Positions 61,920 to 64,000 of a stretch of DNA of 64,000 nucleotides are shown here, in pieces. Numbering within the stretch: the first letter of the stretch is position 1; every line of letters starts with the position of its first letter. The translations under genes were made by a program, and so were the position numbers. Source of the DNA: an uncultured Bacteroidales bacterium (GTDB lineage: Bacteria; Bacteroidota; Bacteroidia; Bacteroidales; GCA-2748055); assembly GCA_963710385.1 (NCBI GenBank), contig CAVQAB010000018.1:31061-95060 (forward strand). The letters run 5' to 3'. The notes below the pieces were generated by a model. It had not been told where the DNA came from. It saw only the letters and a list, made by a program, of their open reading frames with translations, and did not search any database.

Positions 61920-64000
61920 TTATTGGTTCAAAGTCATTTCGGTCACCAGATGACCCGCCCCCGCATATTTATCGATAAGAAACAATACATACCTGATATC
62001 CACATTGATACACTTCTGGAGTTCCGTTTCAAATGCCACATCACCACTCATTGCTTCCCAGTTGCCATCAAAAGCAATTCCAATGAGTTCGCCTTGGGCA
62101 TTGATAATCGGACTTCCTGAGTTTCCACCGGTGATATCGTTGTTAGAGGTAAAGCAGACATTGAGCTTGCCATCTTCACCGTAGGGTCCGTAGTCCCTGC
62201 CCTGGTATAGCTTTTTTAGTTTATCCGGAACAACGAATTCAAAATTGGCGGGATTCTCTTTCTCCATTACTCCTTTGAGTGTTGTATAATGTTTAAACAG
62301 AACAGCATCTCTGGGATTATAGTCACCCACAGTGCCGTAATTCATTCGAATGGACGAATTGGCATCAGAATAGAATTCTTTGTCGGGATACATTTCCAGA
62401 AGCCCTTTCAGATAGAGTCTTCGTCCCCGTTCGAAGTCAGCATTGTAATTTTCCATTTGTCCCATAATCTCGAAATAAATCCGGGCGTTGAGCGCAGCCC
62501 TGTAGGCCGGATCCTTTCTCAAGGTTTTCAGTGACGGATCTTTCATGAATGCCAGAAACCTTTCCTGATCAGTTACAAAGGACTTATTGAAGTACTTTTC
62601 TACGTATCTGTCTACATCCCCCTTGTATTTATTCTTCACCTCAAGGACAAATTCAGGCAGATATTGATCATCCAGTTCTTCTATCAGCAATTTTATCATG
62701 GCTTTCATCACCTTTTTATCAGTGGAAGGATTGTAGTCCTTGTAAAAGTCTGCAGAATATTCTGACAATCCGTTCGCCGCCACCTCAATTTCCTCCTGAT
62801 TTGACTCCGGACCAGCCATCACTCGCTCAAGTAGCTGAAGATTCCGTGCAAAATTCACAGATTCCATACCAGCTTCAAAACCTGACCTTAAGATGGTCTC
62901 TTCCAAATATTGACTTGCCCTCTTAACCTCTTTTCTCTGATCCACCGCAATTCGGATATTATCAAGTGCATCTCCATACAGCGCTTTTCGCGCTTCAGTC
63001 TGACCCACCCATTCCCGAAAAGCCTCCTCCTGCTTTTGCTGGTTGGCCAGGACGTTTAGATTTTTCAATCCTTTGCTCTGTCCAATAGAGTATTTCCAGT
63101 AATTCGCTGAACGAGCATGTTTTGAGGAATACTGAATCCTGACCTTTTCATCGGCCTTCATATCCTCCATGATCAACTCCTGTTTGACACCCCTGATAAG
63201 GATCCTGTTTGGATGTGTGATTTCGAGCAATTCCTCAATTTCCCAGGAAGTCATGTAACGGTTTGTTCTGCCAGGATATCCAATTACCATGGCAAAATCT
63301 CCCTTCTTGTATCCTTTCAGGGAAATGGGAAGGTAGTGCTTGGATTTCAGGGGAATGTTATCCGGACTATATTCTGCGGGATTCCCGTCGGGACCAGTAT
63401 ATACCCTGAACATTGAAAAATCGCCTGTATGACGTGGCCACATCCAGTTGTCTGTATCTCCACCAAATTTACCAATGGACTCCGGTGGCGCACCAACCAG
63501 CCTCACATCATAGTATGTTTCAGTCACAAAAAGGAAAAACCTGTTCCCATTAAACATACTCCTGATGATGGCCTCATAATGTGTACCGCGGGTAGCATCT
63601 GATGAAATTGCCCCGGAAATCGAGCGAATCTTTGAATCACGTTCTCCCTGGGACATCTGTTCATTAAGTTCGGGTATAATTTGATCCGTCACCTCCTCCA
63701 TTCTTACCAGGAAGGTGATGGTTTTGCCTTCGTTGGGCAATTCCTCTTCCCGGGTCATGGCCCAGAAGCCGTTTTTTAGATAGTCATGCTCCACAGAACT
63801 ATGGTACTGGATCTCGTCATAACCGCAGTGGTGATTGGTGAGCAGGAGTCCGTCCGGTGAAACCAATTCTGCAGTGCAGGACCCTCTGTCGAGTGCACCC
63901 ACTGCATCTTTCAGGCTTGCCTGATTTATGCTGTATATCTGATCGGCTGTGAGTTGCAGGCCCATTTCGGACATTTCATCCATATTCATCTGTTCAATCA
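61920..64000 (-). CDS. S46 family dipeptidyl peptidase (DPP7-like), N-terminus outside window
   Basis: TNHHC, NWMWPRHTGDFS, DITGGNSGSP, FDGNWE (Gly at the S1-determining position, DPP7 type). Confidence 0.93.
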   Translation of the reverse strand, partial: IEQMNMDEMSEMGLQLTADQIYSINQASLKDAVGALDRGSCTAELVSPDGLLLTNHHCGYDEIQYHSSVEHDYLKNGFWAMTREEELPNEGKTITFLVRMEEVTDQIIPELNEQMSQGERDSKIRSISGAISSDATRGTHYEAIIRSMFNGNRFFLFVTETYYDVRLVGAPPESIGKFGGDTDNWMWPRHTGDFSMFRVYTGPDGNPAEYSPDNIPLKSKHYLPISLKGYKKGDFAMVIGYPGRTNRYMTSWEIEELLEITHPNRILIRGVKQELIMEDMKADEKVRIQYSSKHARSANYWKYSIGQSKGLKNLNVLANQQKQEEAFREWVGQTEARKALYGDALDNIRIAVDQRKEVKRASQYLEETILRSGFEAGMESVNFARNLQLLERVMAGPESNQEEIEVAANGLSEYSADFYKDYNPSTDKKVMKAMIKLLIEELDDQYLPEFVLEVKNKYKGDVDRYVEKYFNKSFVTDQERFLAFMKDPSLKTLRKDPAYRAALNARIYFEIMGQMENYNADFERGRRLYLKGLLEMYPDKEFYSDANSSIRMNYGTVGDYNPRDAVLFKHYTTLKGVMEKENPANFEFVVPDKLKKLYQGRDYGPYGEDGKLNVCFTSNNDITGGNSGSPIINAQGELIGIAFDGNWEAMSGDVAFETELQKCINVDIRYVLFLIDKYAGAGHLVTEMTLNQ

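Overview
Chromosomal window from a Bacteroidota (Bacteroidales-like) organism, judged from TAnnTTTG promoters, no Shine-Dalgarno sites, and the TonB/DUF4249 and IPExxxVDY genes. Most of it is housekeeping: miaB end, aspS, tadA, aroA, proline dehydrogenase, dprA, gdhA, tatD, ansA, exbB/exbD, leuS, purN, acpP-fabF-rnc, an OmpR-type two-component pair, lepA, groES/EL, secG, lptE, kdsB, rnhA, an S46 peptidase, tRNA-Ser(GGA) and tRNA-Arg(CCG). Between about 20.6 and 58 kb many genes, essential ones included, are split by single-base indels. These look like read or assembly errors rather than biology. Best candidates for new biology: (1) an uncharacterised uptake and catabolism locus at 0.6-8.6 kb whose NRAMP-fold transporter, SDR and DHDPS-like aldolase all carry non-canonical motifs; (2) an AT-richer iolBCDA + GH92 alpha-mannosidase + MFS operon beside tRNA-Arg, suggesting use of mannosyl-inositol compounds; (3) a protein fusing a dead-looking PLD domain, a MORN-like repeat and an ACP-like tail; (4) a roughly 170-nt rod-shaped palindrome between lepA and groEL; (5) three tandem 13-mers next to a DnaA box; (6) sigma54-type promoters upstream of groES and of an ABC permease. 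No CRISPR array, IS element or integrase was seen.
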